A stretch of DNA of 64,000 bases from positions 706,774 to 770,773 of the forward strand of contig CAZJXP010000001.1 of NCBI GenBank assembly GCA_964550175.1. The letters run 5' to 3'. Both the position numbers and the translations under genes were made by a program. The notes under the pieces are model-generated. The model was given only the letters and a program-made list of their open reading frames with translations, was not told the origin of the DNA and did no database searches. Below, one piece after another: positions 27,625 through 37,197 of this stretch; the stretch's first letter is position 1; each line of letters starts with the position of its first letter. Origin of the DNA: an uncultured Methanosarcinales archaeon. Its GTDB lineage: Archaea; Nanobdellota; Nanobdellia; Woesearchaeales; ARS49.

Positions 27625-29336
27625 ACAGGATGACAGGAACACTAGCCCCATTAGTCAAGCACAGAGAATATTCTGAGCCTGAAAAGGTTGTGCTGAATCA
27701 TTTTTTCACTAACACGGACAAAAACATCTATTGCCCAACCGAGCATATGCCCTCTCCTGTCTGGACATTCCTTGTCGGCCAATACAGCAGAACGCCAGTT
27801 TCAATGCGCGAGCGCTTCATCGACATCTTTGACATGATGAAATCGCGCTCGGAGAAAGGAGATTGGCCAAAGAATGAAACCGTGACCGTCGAGCAGGCTG
27901 CCGACGCCATCGGCGCAGGCAAGCACGTTCCGCTCTCGTTCTTTTTTAAGACCGCGGAGAATTTCCTCGCGAAATGGGGCGTGCAGTACGGCCACAACTC
28001 GCTCAAGGACGCAGATATCGTGCGTGTCGCAATTGAAGGAGTGACGCAGACAGCGACTAACTTCATTGAGATGCCTGACCCTGAATTGGGCGCATACCAG
28101 GAAAAATCAACCAGATACATTCCATTCAGCAAGGATGACGTTGTCATTCCGCCGAGATTGGCGAACTCCCATTTTGGTCAGCGCATCAAGGCGTTGAATG
28201 ACCAGCGTATGGAAACTTATGAGCGTTGGACGCCGATATTCAGGCAATGGCTCGCGGAAAACGTGGTGCTGCGAAAGGATCACAAGACTGATGCCGCGCA
28301 CAACGGCACGCTCACCGCGCGCACGTTCGACACGATGCGATACTTCCTTCCGTTGGGGCTGACGACGTCGCTTGGCGCAACATGGCCGACCAGAGTCGCG
28401 GAAATACACCTCTCTCAGATGCTCAGCCATCCGACGGAAGAGATGCAGCTTATTGGCAAAAGCATCCTTGAAGAAGGCGTCAAGATTACGCCAGGTCTTC
28501 TACGCCATGTTAAGCCGAACGAATATTTCGGGGAAACGACGGCATCTATGAGTGAGTTGACGAGAAGCATTATAGATGCACAGCCCACCAAATATCATCG
28601 TGGCGACAGCACACTCAAGCATGCGACACTCGTCCATGCAACGCCAGGACTTGAAGACTTGCTGATTACCGGCATGCTTTATGAGTTTACGGCCAACCGT
28701 TCGTTCGCAGAACTGCAGGGCACGATTAAGGGGTTCAGCGATGCGCAGAAAGACGCCATCTTTGATGAATATCTCCGTCGACGCGGACCTCACGACCTGA
28801 TGATGCGTGGCGTAAAGCTCGGCCAGTTCACATTTGATTATTTCATTGACCACGGTGCGGCGCGGGATGTAAAACGTCAGCGCGTAGGTACGATGCTACA
28901 CCAACGTATCGGCGCGGATGAAGGGTATTCTTACCCTGAGTTCATGGAGCACGAACCTGACCTTGCTCAACTGAAAGCAGATTATGAAAAGCTGATGGAG
29001 ACCACAAGCGAACTTTACCGCGAAGTCGATCGGGATTTCCCGAATGATTCCTGCTATATTCCATCGATGGGACACCTCGGGCGCTGGCTTCATGAACATC
29101 ATGCAAGGCAAGGATCTTATGAGATCGAGCTCAGAACCCCGAGCGCCGGTCACTTTTCGTATCGACGCCTTTACCAAGAGGAATTCCGAGAAATTGAAAA
29201 AATCGCGCCGCGGTTCGCAAAATACATCCGCGCAGTGATGGGCCAAACGTCCAGCGGACGAGCGGAAGCAGAAGAGCGTGCCGCAGCGAAAGCGGCTAAG
29301 GCACTGGAAGAAGACCGAAAGAGGGCCGCACAATGA
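27621..29336 (+). CDS. thyX: FAD-dependent thymidylate synthase, long tandem ThyX type
   Basis: HFFTN, YSR, YGHNS, YQEKSTRY, FDTMRYFLP, RDVKRQR, IELRT...GHFSYR; lies between dcd and tmk. Confidence 0.8.
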   Translation: MNRMTGTLAPLVKHREYSEPEKVVLNHFFTNTDKNIYCPTEHMPSPVWTFLVGQYSRTPVSMRERFIDIFDMMKSRSEKGDWPKNETVTVEQAADAIGAGKHVPLSFFFKTAENFLAKWGVQYGHNSLKDADIVRVAIEGVTQTATNFIEMPDPELGAYQEKSTRYIPFSKDDVVIPPRLANSHFGQRIKALNDQRMETYERWTPIFRQWLAENVVLRKDHKTDAAHNGTLTARTFDTMRYFLPLGLTTSLGATWPTRVAEIHLSQMLSHPTEEMQLIGKSILEEGVKITPGLLRHVKPNEYFGETTASMSELTRSIIDAQPTKYHRGDSTLKHATLVHATPGLEDLLITGMLYEFTANRSFAELQGTIKGFSDAQKDAIFDEYLRRRGPHDLMMRGVKLGQFTFDYFIDHGAARDVKRQRVGTMLHQRIGADEGYSYPEFMEHEPDLAQLKADYEKLMETTSELYREVDRDFPNDSCYIPSMGHLGRWLHEHHARQGSYEIELRTPSAGHFSYRRLYQEEFREIEKIAPRFAKYIRAVMGQTSSGRAEAEERAAAKAAKALEEDRKRAAQ

Positions 29337-29965
29337 GCGACGGACTGTTTGTTGTATTAGAAGGCATTGACGGCTGCGGCAAGGGCACGCAGATGAAACG
29401 TTTGGCGAACAAACTATTCGACATGAACAAGCGTCATCATGTCGTCATGACGCGAGAACCAGGACGAAGCGATTACGGTATCGAAATCAGGAAAATATTG
29501 GCGGAAACAAACGATCCTTACCAACAAGGCGTTCGGCTTGCGCAACTATTTGTTGATGACCGGCGCAGGCATGTTGAAGGAATTATTTTGCCAACACTCG
29601 CCTACGGCGGAATCGCTTTGTCCGACCGTTATAAACATTCCACGTTGACATTTCAACACGCGCAAGGCATTCCCATGGATGAACTGTTGGCAATGCATGA
29701 AGGGCTCCCCGTCCCTGACCTCACCGTGATACTTGATGTTCCTTCTGAGGTTGGAATGGCGCGAATCGGAAAGGATACGAGCCGCGAAAAGCCAGAGTCA
29801 TTTGAGAAATTGGAATTTCAGGAAAAGCTTCGTTGGTTTTATCGCGGATTGTGTCTTACGCTTAAAGATGAGACCATTAAAATTATTGACGCAAATCGCA
29901 AACCAGAAGAGATTGAAATTGATGTCTTGAATGCAGTTATGCCTTATTTAGAAAAGGTAAAATAA
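29333..29965 (+). CDS. tmk: Thymidylate kinase
   Basis: EGIDGCGKGTQ, TREPG, SDRY, PDL. Confidence 0.93.
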   Translation: MSDGLFVVLEGIDGCGKGTQMKRLANKLFDMNKRHHVVMTREPGRSDYGIEIRKILAETNDPYQQGVRLAQLFVDDRRRHVEGIILPTLAYGGIALSDRYKHSTLTFQHAQGIPMDELLAMHEGLPVPDLTVILDVPSEVGMARIGKDTSREKPESFEKLEFQEKLRWFYRGLCLTLKDETIKIIDANRKPEEIEIDVLNAVMPYLEKVK

Positions 29966-30148
29966 TCACTCGGCCTTGACTTCATCTTCGTCAAAGCCCA
30001 TGAGCGTTTTGTTCTTCTTGATTGCGGCGTACGAAATAATGCTCTTTCTGATATCCACTTCAGCACCTCTTTTTCCCGCGCTCGCGAGAGTTTGATTGAG
30101 CGCGATTTCGTATTTAAACACTATGACGCTTTGAAGTAGAGTTTGCAT
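29966..30148 (-). CDS. Small hypothetical protein
   Basis: 60 aa ORF abutting tmk; could be a fragment. Confidence 0.3.
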   Translation of the reverse strand: MQTLLQSVIVFKYEIALNQTLASAGKRGAEVDIRKSIISYAAIKKNKTLMGFDEDEVKAE

Positions 30149-30243
30149 CTGTCATATCAGTTGTTGCGCGGGAGTGAAGAACTTGTTTGTCGACGGAAAA
30201 ACGCGAGTGTCACGGAAGAAATGGCGTTGAGTGACGCGCTTGA

Positions 30244-30753
30244 TTACTTCAACGGCTTGTCCATTTCCATCAATGTCTGGAACGAGTTCGACAACAATTT
30301 TCCGTCCTTCGCGTCGAACTTGAGGTTCAACGTTTTCATGGACTGGAAAAAGAATGTGACGTTGTAGACCGTTTCCGCGTTTATCTGCTGGATGATGAAG
30401 AACTGTTTTAACACTAATTCGCGCGGATGGTGCAGCTGGTGGTATTCGCGTGACTGCTTGAGAATTTGTTCGCTTTCAATTTTGATGTGCTTCACTTCGA
30501 GCGGTTCGATCGCGTTCGGGCTTCTCAGAATTTCCTGATTCGGGATGACCTCGACATGGAGCGCGGAAACGATGAACGTCGTGATGTTCTCCTTTTCCGC
30601 ATCGTAATAGCCGAGCTGCCAGGTGTCTTGATTTGCTTCGTCAAGCAGCTTGAACGCGTGCGCCAAGAACGGCTTCGGATTTTCCTTGCGCCAAACTTTG
30701 AATTCCTTGCTCGTGTCGAGTTGTTTGGCGATATCGGCGAATTCCATGGTCAT
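30244..30753 (-). CDS. Hypothetical protein
   Basis: 169 aa, WQLGYY motif, TATA box upstream on the minus strand. Confidence 0.7.
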   Translation of the reverse strand: MTMEFADIAKQLDTSKEFKVWRKENPKPFLAHAFKLLDEANQDTWQLGYYDAEKENITTFIVSALHVEVIPNQEILRSPNAIEPLEVKHIKIESEQILKQSREYHQLHHPRELVLKQFFIIQQINAETVYNVTFFFQSMKTLNLKFDAKDGKLLSNSFQTLMEMDKPLK

Positions 30754-30806
30754 TTGTCGAGAAGAGGGCTATAAAAGGTTTGCTGTGCAATTGTTCGTGA
30801 GTCGTG

Positions 30807-30894
30807 AACTTTTTACCGGCGAATTTTGTCGTACCGCGATTGTACTTAGAATTGATACGCTAACGACTAAACAAAACGTGGCGGTAAAAAGGTT
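30807..30894 (-). repeat. Palindromic intergenic element copy R7
   Basis: Minus: AACCTTTTTACCGCCACGTTTTG...ACGACAAAATTCGCCGGTAAAAAGTT. Confidence 0.85.
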
Positions 30895-30911
30895 GCCGGA
30901 ATTAGCAAAGA

Positions 30912-32771
30912 TTACTTTTTCTCGTACACAAACGCCCCATCCCAGTCCTTGGCTGGCGGATGCTTCAAGTAGAGTTCGCAGCGTTCGATGAACAACGCGC
31001 AGGACGGGTCGTTCGGTCGGATCTTTGCAGTTTCTTTGAATCCCTTGAGCGCGTCGTGGAACTTTGCCTTGAAATACAGCTCCAACGCCTTTTCGAACGA
31101 CGTGACGAACGCTTGGTCCTGGTCGACGCATAAATGATAGAGTAAAACAGGAACCTTTTTTCCCTTCACTTTCACGGCGTCGAGCTTGCGGCATAAATAT
31201 TTGCCTTTGATGTGCTCGTACGTGCTTTCCGAGATGAGGATGCTGACGCCGTACTCTTTGGTGAGCCCTTCCATGCGCGAGGCAAGGTTGACCGTGTCGC
31301 CGATGGCCGTATAGTCAAACCGTTCTTCCGAGCCCATGTTACCGACTACGGCCGGGCCGGTGTGGATGCCGATGCCGATGTTCAACGACGGGACGTTGCG
31401 CTGCTTCCAATTGGCTTGCAATTCGCGAAGCGCTTTGATTTGCTCGACGGCTGTGTCACAGGCCTTCACCGCGTGGGCATCATCAAGTAAGGGGGCGTTC
31501 CACAACGCCATGATGGCGTCCCCGATGAACTTGTCAACAGTTCCTTGGTGCTTGAGCACGATGCGCGTCATCGTGGTGAGATATTCATTCAAGAGATGGA
31601 CCAATTCTTCCGGCGAGAGCTTTTCGCTGATGCTGGTGAAGTCGCGTATGTCCGAGAACATGACCGTGAGGATTCTTTTTTCGCCACCGAGCGTCAACTG
31701 CTGGTTTTTTGAAAGTATTTCATCCAACAGTTCTTTGCTCACATATTTCGAGAACGCGTCGCGCAAATACGCCCCTTTCGTTTTTTCCTCTGTGTACGCC
31801 ACGCTCACGCCTGCGCCGGTGAAGACGGCGAACGCCAACGGGGCGAAAAACAGGTCGATAAGGAGGTTGAACTGGTTGAACGAGATGATGGCGACAATTG
31901 CGTAAACGACAAGCAACCCGATTGCCAACGGGATGGCGTAATAATACTTCAGGCGCGCGATGAGAAACATGCCAGCAAGCGCGGCGAGGATGACGCCGAG
32001 CATTACAATCAGTTTGTCCGGCGCGCGCAAGAAATCATTGTTGATGATGTTTTGGAGTATGTTTGCGTGAATCTCGACGCCGGGCATAGCTTTTCCGTCC
32101 GACGTCGGCACAAAATAGTCGTCGTGCAAGTTCGGGGCCGTCGCGCCGATCAGGACAATCTTGTTCGCGAAACTGAGATTTTTTGCGAGCACGTCGTTGA
32201 CGCTGACGGTTTTGAACGAATGAGGGGCATCCGCGAAGTTGATGAGCAACGTTTCTTTTTCGGTCGGAGTGGCGTAACCAGCCTGTTCCGCGATGGCGAA
32301 TGAGAACGGCTTCATATCATTCGCGATGCTCGGGTTTACTCGGCGCGTTATCCCGTCAGCGTCCCCGAGAAGGTTCACATAGCCCGTGATTGACGGGAAT
32401 ATCGGCAAATACGTCACTCCTTGCTGGATTTCGGACGCTAACACGACGTTATCCATCGACTGTAACGTCGTATTCAAGAGAACATCATTCGGGCTCGGCT
32501 CAAAAAAAGAAACATCAATGCCGATTACTTTCGCGTCATTCAGTTTCTCGAGAAGATTCGCGTGGACGTCGCGGCTCCAAGGCCAGTGGCCGATTGAGTT
32601 GATGCTCGCGTCATCGATTGCGACGATGACGATGCTGTCAAGAACCGCGTTACCGCCGTACAGCTTGTCCGTGAGCGTGCCCCGCACGTGGCTGAACGAA
32701 TCAACCTGCACGAGCAGCAGCGCAAGCGCGAGCAGCCCGAGGAAAATCCCTAGCTTGCCAACTTTAGCCAT
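30912..32771 (-). CDS. CHASE2-domain class III adenylate/guanylate cyclase
   Basis: IDDASI..IGHWPWSR, DADGITRR, PGVEIHA (CHASE2), 3 TM, FSDIRDFT, KFIGDA, YTAIGDTVNLASRMEG. Confidence 0.93.
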   Translation of the reverse strand: MAKVGKLGIFLGLLALALLLVQVDSFSHVRGTLTDKLYGGNAVLDSIVIVAIDDASINSIGHWPWSRDVHANLLEKLNDAKVIGIDVSFFEPSPNDVLLNTTLQSMDNVVLASEIQQGVTYLPIFPSITGYVNLLGDADGITRRVNPSIANDMKPFSFAIAEQAGYATPTEKETLLINFADAPHSFKTVSVNDVLAKNLSFANKIVLIGATAPNLHDDYFVPTSDGKAMPGVEIHANILQNIINNDFLRAPDKLIVMLGVILAALAGMFLIARLKYYYAIPLAIGLLVVYAIVAIISFNQFNLLIDLFFAPLAFAVFTGAGVSVAYTEEKTKGAYLRDAFSKYVSKELLDEILSKNQQLTLGGEKRILTVMFSDIRDFTSISEKLSPEELVHLLNEYLTTMTRIVLKHQGTVDKFIGDAIMALWNAPLLDDAHAVKACDTAVEQIKALRELQANWKQRNVPSLNIGIGIHTGPAVVGNMGSEERFDYTAIGDTVNLASRMEGLTKEYGVSILISESTYEHIKGKYLCRKLDAVKVKGKKVPVLLYHLCVDQDQAFVTSFEKALELYFKAKFHDALKGFKETAKIRPNDPSCALFIERCELYLKHPPAKDWDGAFVYEKK

Positions 32772-33567
32772 ACGCCGACAGTTTTTGGATTTCCTTCGTT
32801 ATGTCCGCGATTTTGTTCAACGAATCGAACTGCATCGGAGACTTTGCCACGGCGTCGTCAATGTCGATTTCGCCGCGGTCGGCTTCCTCGAACTTCTGCG
32901 CGATTTCCGCGTCGTCCAGCCCATAGGTTGATTTTGCCAAGCTCACGAGAGTCGGATGTTTGTCTAATTCTTGCTGGCGTAAGAACCTCAAGGTTTGAAT
33001 GGTTTGCGCAACATGTTCTTTCACGGACGCAAGCTCTTCTGCCGTCGCGTCTCGTTCCATGCCGGCTTCCACGACTCGGCCGGCGTTGACGATGAACGTC
33101 ATTCCATCAGCATCATACGACACGCTTCCTTCGCCGGTGAGCATGAACCCTTCCGCGAATTCGAAGCCAGTTCCACGGACACTGGCGACGTTGTTGCCTT
33201 CCTTGATGGAGTAAGATTCAACGCCCAACAATTTGGTGAACGTGTTCCAGGTGCGGCCCGATTGTTGCGAAACGACTGGGTGCTCCTTGACTAATGAGTC
33301 GAGCGTGACTTGGCTGTTTTGCTCAAGATTGAGAATGACGCTTTCATATAGGATGACTGAGGCGTGGCCGTCTCCGGTCGCGATGACGTCGCCTTCGGAT
33401 AGCTTCGTGTTGCCTGAAACCGGGTTTCCGTTTACGCTAACCGCGCCGTCGTCCACGACAAGCTGCGCCTTAACGGTCGAAGAACCGGTCGCGATTAAGT
33501 ACGCCGAACCAAGCCCAACAACAAGCACCAGAATGACAATTCCAACGATCAACAATCCTTTCTTCAT
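32764..33567 (-). CDS. FecR-domain membrane-anchored protein
   Basis: N-terminal TM, LSEGDVIATG, ASVRGTGF; overlaps the cyclase start. Confidence 0.8.
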   Translation of the reverse strand: MKKGLLIVGIVILVLVVGLGSAYLIATGSSTVKAQLVVDDGAVSVNGNPVSGNTKLSEGDVIATGDGHASVILYESVILNLEQNSQVTLDSLVKEHPVVSQQSGRTWNTFTKLLGVESYSIKEGNNVASVRGTGFEFAEGFMLTGEGSVSYDADGMTFIVNAGRVVEAGMERDATAEELASVKEHVAQTIQTLRFLRQQELDKHPTLVSLAKSTYGLDDAEIAQKFEEADRGEIDIDDAVAKSPMQFDSLNKIADITKEIQKLSAYG

Positions 33568-33629
33568 GTCAACACCCCGAGCATTTTCAGGCGCATACCT
33601 TTATAAAGCTTATCTTCGTAAATAAGCCT

Positions 33630-34211
33630 ATGCGAGTGAAGTTCCAACAGCGGTGCGTCAGGTGCAGAAAGAACCTCGTGCCGATGCATTCCGGCAGGCA
33701 ATTTCCCATCTGTTCCCAGTGCCAGATGAAGGAGATCAACCAGCCTATTGAAAGCAAGAAGATGGCGAAATTCTTTGACATTCCATTGACACTTTACGAA
33801 CAATCCTCGTTTTTACGCAGCATCAAGTCACAATATCTTAGATTCGGCAGTCTTACCACGGCACAACGCTCAACATTCATCAAAGTCGTGAAGGAATTGA
33901 AGGACCCGAAGCTGCAAGCCGAGCGAGCCGCCAAGCTGGCGAAGAGCAAGGAAATGCAGCTCTCCTCAAATGATGATTCTTCAAGCTCGGTGTTATTGGT
34001 CAATGCCATCAAGAATCTGCTTGAGAAAGACACGCCGACCAAGCGACGGGCGCTTCTTACCCTCCTGTCCGAATATCAACGTCAACCGATCACATCAGAG
34101 AAGTTGTTGCTCGCGGTGCACGCCCTCGCGTCGAAATCGCGCGGCCGGCCCAAGCTCCTGCTCATGACGCCTGACGAGATCAGGTACGTGTTGGCGGGAC
34201 TTGAAGTATGA
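33630..34211 (+). CDS. Zinc-finger hypothetical protein
   Basis: CVRC...CSQC; ATGA overlap with the next gene. Confidence 0.65.
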   Translation: MRVKFQQRCVRCRKNLVPMHSGRQFPICSQCQMKEINQPIESKKMAKFFDIPLTLYEQSSFLRSIKSQYLRFGSLTTAQRSTFIKVVKELKDPKLQAERAAKLAKSKEMQLSSNDDSSSSVLLVNAIKNLLEKDTPTKRRALLTLLSEYQRQPITSEKLLLAVHALASKSRGRPKLLLMTPDEIRYVLAGLEV

Positions 34212-34687
34212 AGGAAAAGCACGTCGGTTACTTCGAGGGAATTCTGCAGCTCCGAGACATCGACCAGACTATCTATGATTGGGTTTTCGACACGATTGAG
34301 CGCGACGGAAAAGCCAGAGTCGCGAAAGAAGAGATTCTTTCTAACGGGTATGACCTTTACTTATCTGACCAACATTATCTTCAGGCGCTTGGGCGCAAAT
34401 TGAAGGAAAAGTTTCCTGGCGAACTCGTGGTGAGCATGCGATTGCACTCCAAGGAGCACATGACGCAGAAGGCGCTGTACCGCGTCACGGTCTTGTTCCG
34501 GGCGTTGCCATTGCACGTTGGCACCATACTGAAAATAGCCGACAGTGAATTCAAGGTGCTGTTCGTTGACAAGAAAGTGCAGATTCAGGATTTGAAATCA
34601 GGGAAGAAATCAACGATGACGCTTGAGCAAGCCGCAAAATACGCCAAATTGAATCCGGATTACGAACCCCCTACTTCAGAACGATAA
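34208..34687 (+). CDS. NMD3-related protein (C-terminal part)
   Basis: YFEGILQLR, GYDLYLS, YRVTVLFR. Confidence 0.75.
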   Translation: MKEKHVGYFEGILQLRDIDQTIYDWVFDTIERDGKARVAKEEILSNGYDLYLSDQHYLQALGRKLKEKFPGELVVSMRLHSKEHMTQKALYRVTVLFRALPLHVGTILKIADSEFKVLFVDKKVQIQDLKSGKKSTMTLEQAAKYAKLNPDYEPPTSER

Positions 34688-35357
34688 CGTTGCCGCGGCC
34701 TTTCTTGATTTTCTCAATCAATCCTTTGTGCTCAAGTTCAGTGATGATGAGGGAGACTTTCGCCTCGCCCAACGGGGTTTTTTTCCGAATATCTTTCTGC
34801 GTCGTTCGTCCGCCTTGCTCTTTGATTATGTCGAGCACGTGCTTGGCATCGTCTTGCTTTGAACTCGTTTCTTTAGCCGAGTCTCCACCCTGATGTTTCT
34901 TTTTCTTTTCTCGCAGGAAAAACCATAGCAACGCAATCACTAGAGCTGCGCCGATGCCTACGCGAAGCCAGGTCGTGCCGTTGTCAAAAGTCTCGAGTTC
35001 GTCTATCTCGATCTGGTCCGTTTCATTGAGCAGCTCGCTCTGGTCATCGAATTCAGGAAACAGAATGAGGTCAAGCACATAATCATTGTCATCCGTTACT
35101 TGAATGGATTCGCTGGCACTCGCCTCGACCGTTCCGTTTTTGATCAGCTTCGCGGTAAGCGCATACGTTCCCGTAGGGGCGTTAAATGAGAATGTGCCGT
35201 CAAGCGCGATGAATACTTGTTTCGGGCTGGTTAATTCCACTTTGACGTTCTTGACCGGGTTCAAGTCAAGATTATAGACCGTGCCATGAATGGTCGCGGC
35301 TGAGACAATCGACACGTTCAGCAGAAGAATCAATAACAAGACGAAACCGCGGTTCAT
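34671..35357 (-). CDS. Membrane-anchored winged-helix regulator with extracellular carboxypeptidase-regulatory-like domain
   Basis: Signal peptide, IHGTVY beta-sandwich, TM, GGRTTQKDI...EAKVSLIITELEHKGLIEKIKKGRGN. Confidence 0.8.
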   Translation of the reverse strand: MNRGFVLLLILLLNVSIVSAATIHGTVYNLDLNPVKNVKVELTSPKQVFIALDGTFSFNAPTGTYALTAKLIKNGTVEASASESIQVTDDNDYVLDLILFPEFDDQSELLNETDQIEIDELETFDNGTTWLRVGIGAALVIALLWFFLREKKKKHQGGDSAKETSSKQDDAKHVLDIIKEQGGRTTQKDIRKKTPLGEAKVSLIITELEHKGLIEKIKKGRGNVIVLK

Positions 35358-35394
35358 ACAGGACCTGAATTATTATGAGTATAAATAGCTTCCT

Positions 35395-35480
35395 TCCCGC
35401 GTAAACTGGCGCAATAAAGCCTCGTAAAGGGTTCTAGAAAGCTTCCTGGAAAGTGTGTTTATAAAGTAATCCCGCGTAAA
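35395..35480. promoter_or_regulatory. Direct-repeat candidate operator flanking a TATA box
   Basis: TCCCGCGTAAA at 35395-35405 and 35470-35480, partial copy near 35420; TTTATAAAG at 35458. Confidence 0.5.
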
Positions 35481-35550
35481 TGAGAGTTAGGCGATGCAAG
35501 CATCGTCAATCAAGCTAAAACAATACGGGCGCAAGCCCGGAGGCAACACA

Positions 35551-36726
35551 ATGGATTTCAAGAAATGGACCACGATGTTCGTGTTGTCGCTGTTCATCGT
35601 CAGCGTCGTTCCCGCGGTATTTGCGGATGAAGGCTCTGATGATGCTACTGACGACACGGATGCAGAAGATATAGCGGAAGATACCGCGGATGATGCTGCG
35701 GATGCCGCAGAAGACGCCGCAGATGACGAAGCCGATACGGCAAAAGACCGTATGAAGGCACGCGCAGACCTGTTGAAGGACCGCGCGGACAGATTGAAGG
35801 ATGCGCGAGAAAAGATAGAAGCTTCGCGAGAAAAGGCGCGAGAGACTCGAGGAAAGATCCTGGAAGCTCGACGCGAGTTCAAGGACGCGCGCGAGCGATT
35901 GCACAGCCGAGACGCGACCAAGGAAGATAAGCAGGAATTCTTGCTTTCATCCGCGGACAAGATCTTGGAATTGCTTAACAATATCCGCGATCGAGTGGAC
36001 GCATCGGACCTTGAAGACAAGGACGAGAAGCTCGCGAGCATCGATGAAGCGATCGTTGTGGTCACGGAAGCGCAGGCGACCGTTGAAGCATTAGATATGG
36101 AGACTGCGACCTCGGAAGAGATCAAGGCAGCCCGTGACGAAGTCAAGGACGCCTGGGACAAGGCGCGCAAGGTCTTGAAGACCAGCGCAGGCCATGTTGT
36201 CGCGAAGCGTGTCGGCTTGATTGTCGAACGTATGGACCACTTGGATGACAAGCTGGACAAAATCATCGCGCACTTGAGCGAGAAGGGATATGATGTCAGC
36301 GTTGCAGAATCTCTGACGGCGGACTTCGAGGCAAAGCTCGAATCAGCCGAAGCAAACTGGGAAACCGCAAAGACAGCATATGATGCTGGCGATGCAAAGG
36401 CAGGTCACGACGCACTTGTTTTGGCGCACGCCGACCTCAAGGAAGCCCACAGGCTGTTGAAGGAAATCGTCAAGAGCATCCGAAGCACGACCAAGACGGG
36501 CGCGCTTGAGGACGCGGAATCGGCGACCGAAGACGAAACCGAAGACGAAACTTCCGAAGACGTCGATGATGACGCAGCCGATGACTCGGATGAAGCCGAA
36601 GAAGCGGATGATGATGCGGATGATGAATCCGAAGACACCGTCACTGCGGATGTCAGCACAACGACTGAGACCACTATCATTGACACAACGGCAACGACCG
36701 ATGTCGATGTTGGCGTGACAGTGTAA
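35551..36726 (+). CDS. Secreted acidic coiled-coil protein
   Basis: GGAGG SD, signal peptide, D/E-rich termini, helical core. Confidence 0.8.
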   Translation: MDFKKWTTMFVLSLFIVSVVPAVFADEGSDDATDDTDAEDIAEDTADDAADAAEDAADDEADTAKDRMKARADLLKDRADRLKDAREKIEASREKARETRGKILEARREFKDARERLHSRDATKEDKQEFLLSSADKILELLNNIRDRVDASDLEDKDEKLASIDEAIVVVTEAQATVEALDMETATSEEIKAARDEVKDAWDKARKVLKTSAGHVVAKRVGLIVERMDHLDDKLDKIIAHLSEKGYDVSVAESLTADFEAKLESAEANWETAKTAYDAGDAKAGHDALVLAHADLKEAHRLLKEIVKSIRSTTKTGALEDAESATEDETEDETSEDVDDDAADDSDEAEEADDDADDESEDTVTADVSTTTETTIIDTTATTDVDVGVTV

Positions 36727-36758
36727 GCTTTATAAAGCTGAACACCGGAGCAACAACT

Positions 36759-36962
36759 ATGAAATGGCTCATCGTAAGTGTCCTCATCGCGCTCGTCGCG
36801 CTTGCGGGCTGCGGACAGAAGGCTGTCCCTGCGGCAACCACTCAGTCAACTGAGTCGCAAGTGTCGGGCTTCGAGCAGGACATCGCGGACGTCGATACCC
36901 TCGACAAGGACTTGGACACCAGCGAATTGGATTCGTTGGATCAGGATCTGGCAACAGTTTAA
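36759..36962 (+). CDS. Small acidic lipoprotein
   Basis: GGAG SD, LAGC lipobox, DLDxxxLD repeats; T-rich terminator after. Confidence 0.75.
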   Translation: MKWLIVSVLIALVALAGCGQKAVPAATTQSTESQVSGFEQDIADVDTLDKDLDTSELDSLDQDLATV

Positions 36963-37001
36963 TTTTTTTTATTTTTTAAATTTTTATAAAATTTAATTAA
37001 A

Positions 37002-37144
37002 TTCCTTCTTGTTTCGCTTCGAGAAACAAATGATATCTGTTTCCTTCGGAAACAGGAATAAAACACAATCAGAACGTTCTACGTTCTGATGTGCATGAGA
37101 ACTTATAGTTCTCATTGCATTCTCTCAGCTCAACAATGAAGGAA
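37002..37144. repeat. Multi-hairpin intergenic element
   Basis: Four consecutive hairpins enclosed by TTCCTTC-TTGTT / AACAA-T-GAAGGAA. Confidence 0.7.
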
Positions 37145-37197
37145 CCACTCACGTGCGCTTAGCAAATCCATTTAAGGAACCACTTGTTTCTTCAGGT

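Noticed and set aside
35487..36266. Long antisense ORFs opposite real genes (also 62953-63633, 9861-10460)
   Set aside because: Codon-bias shadows with no motifs.
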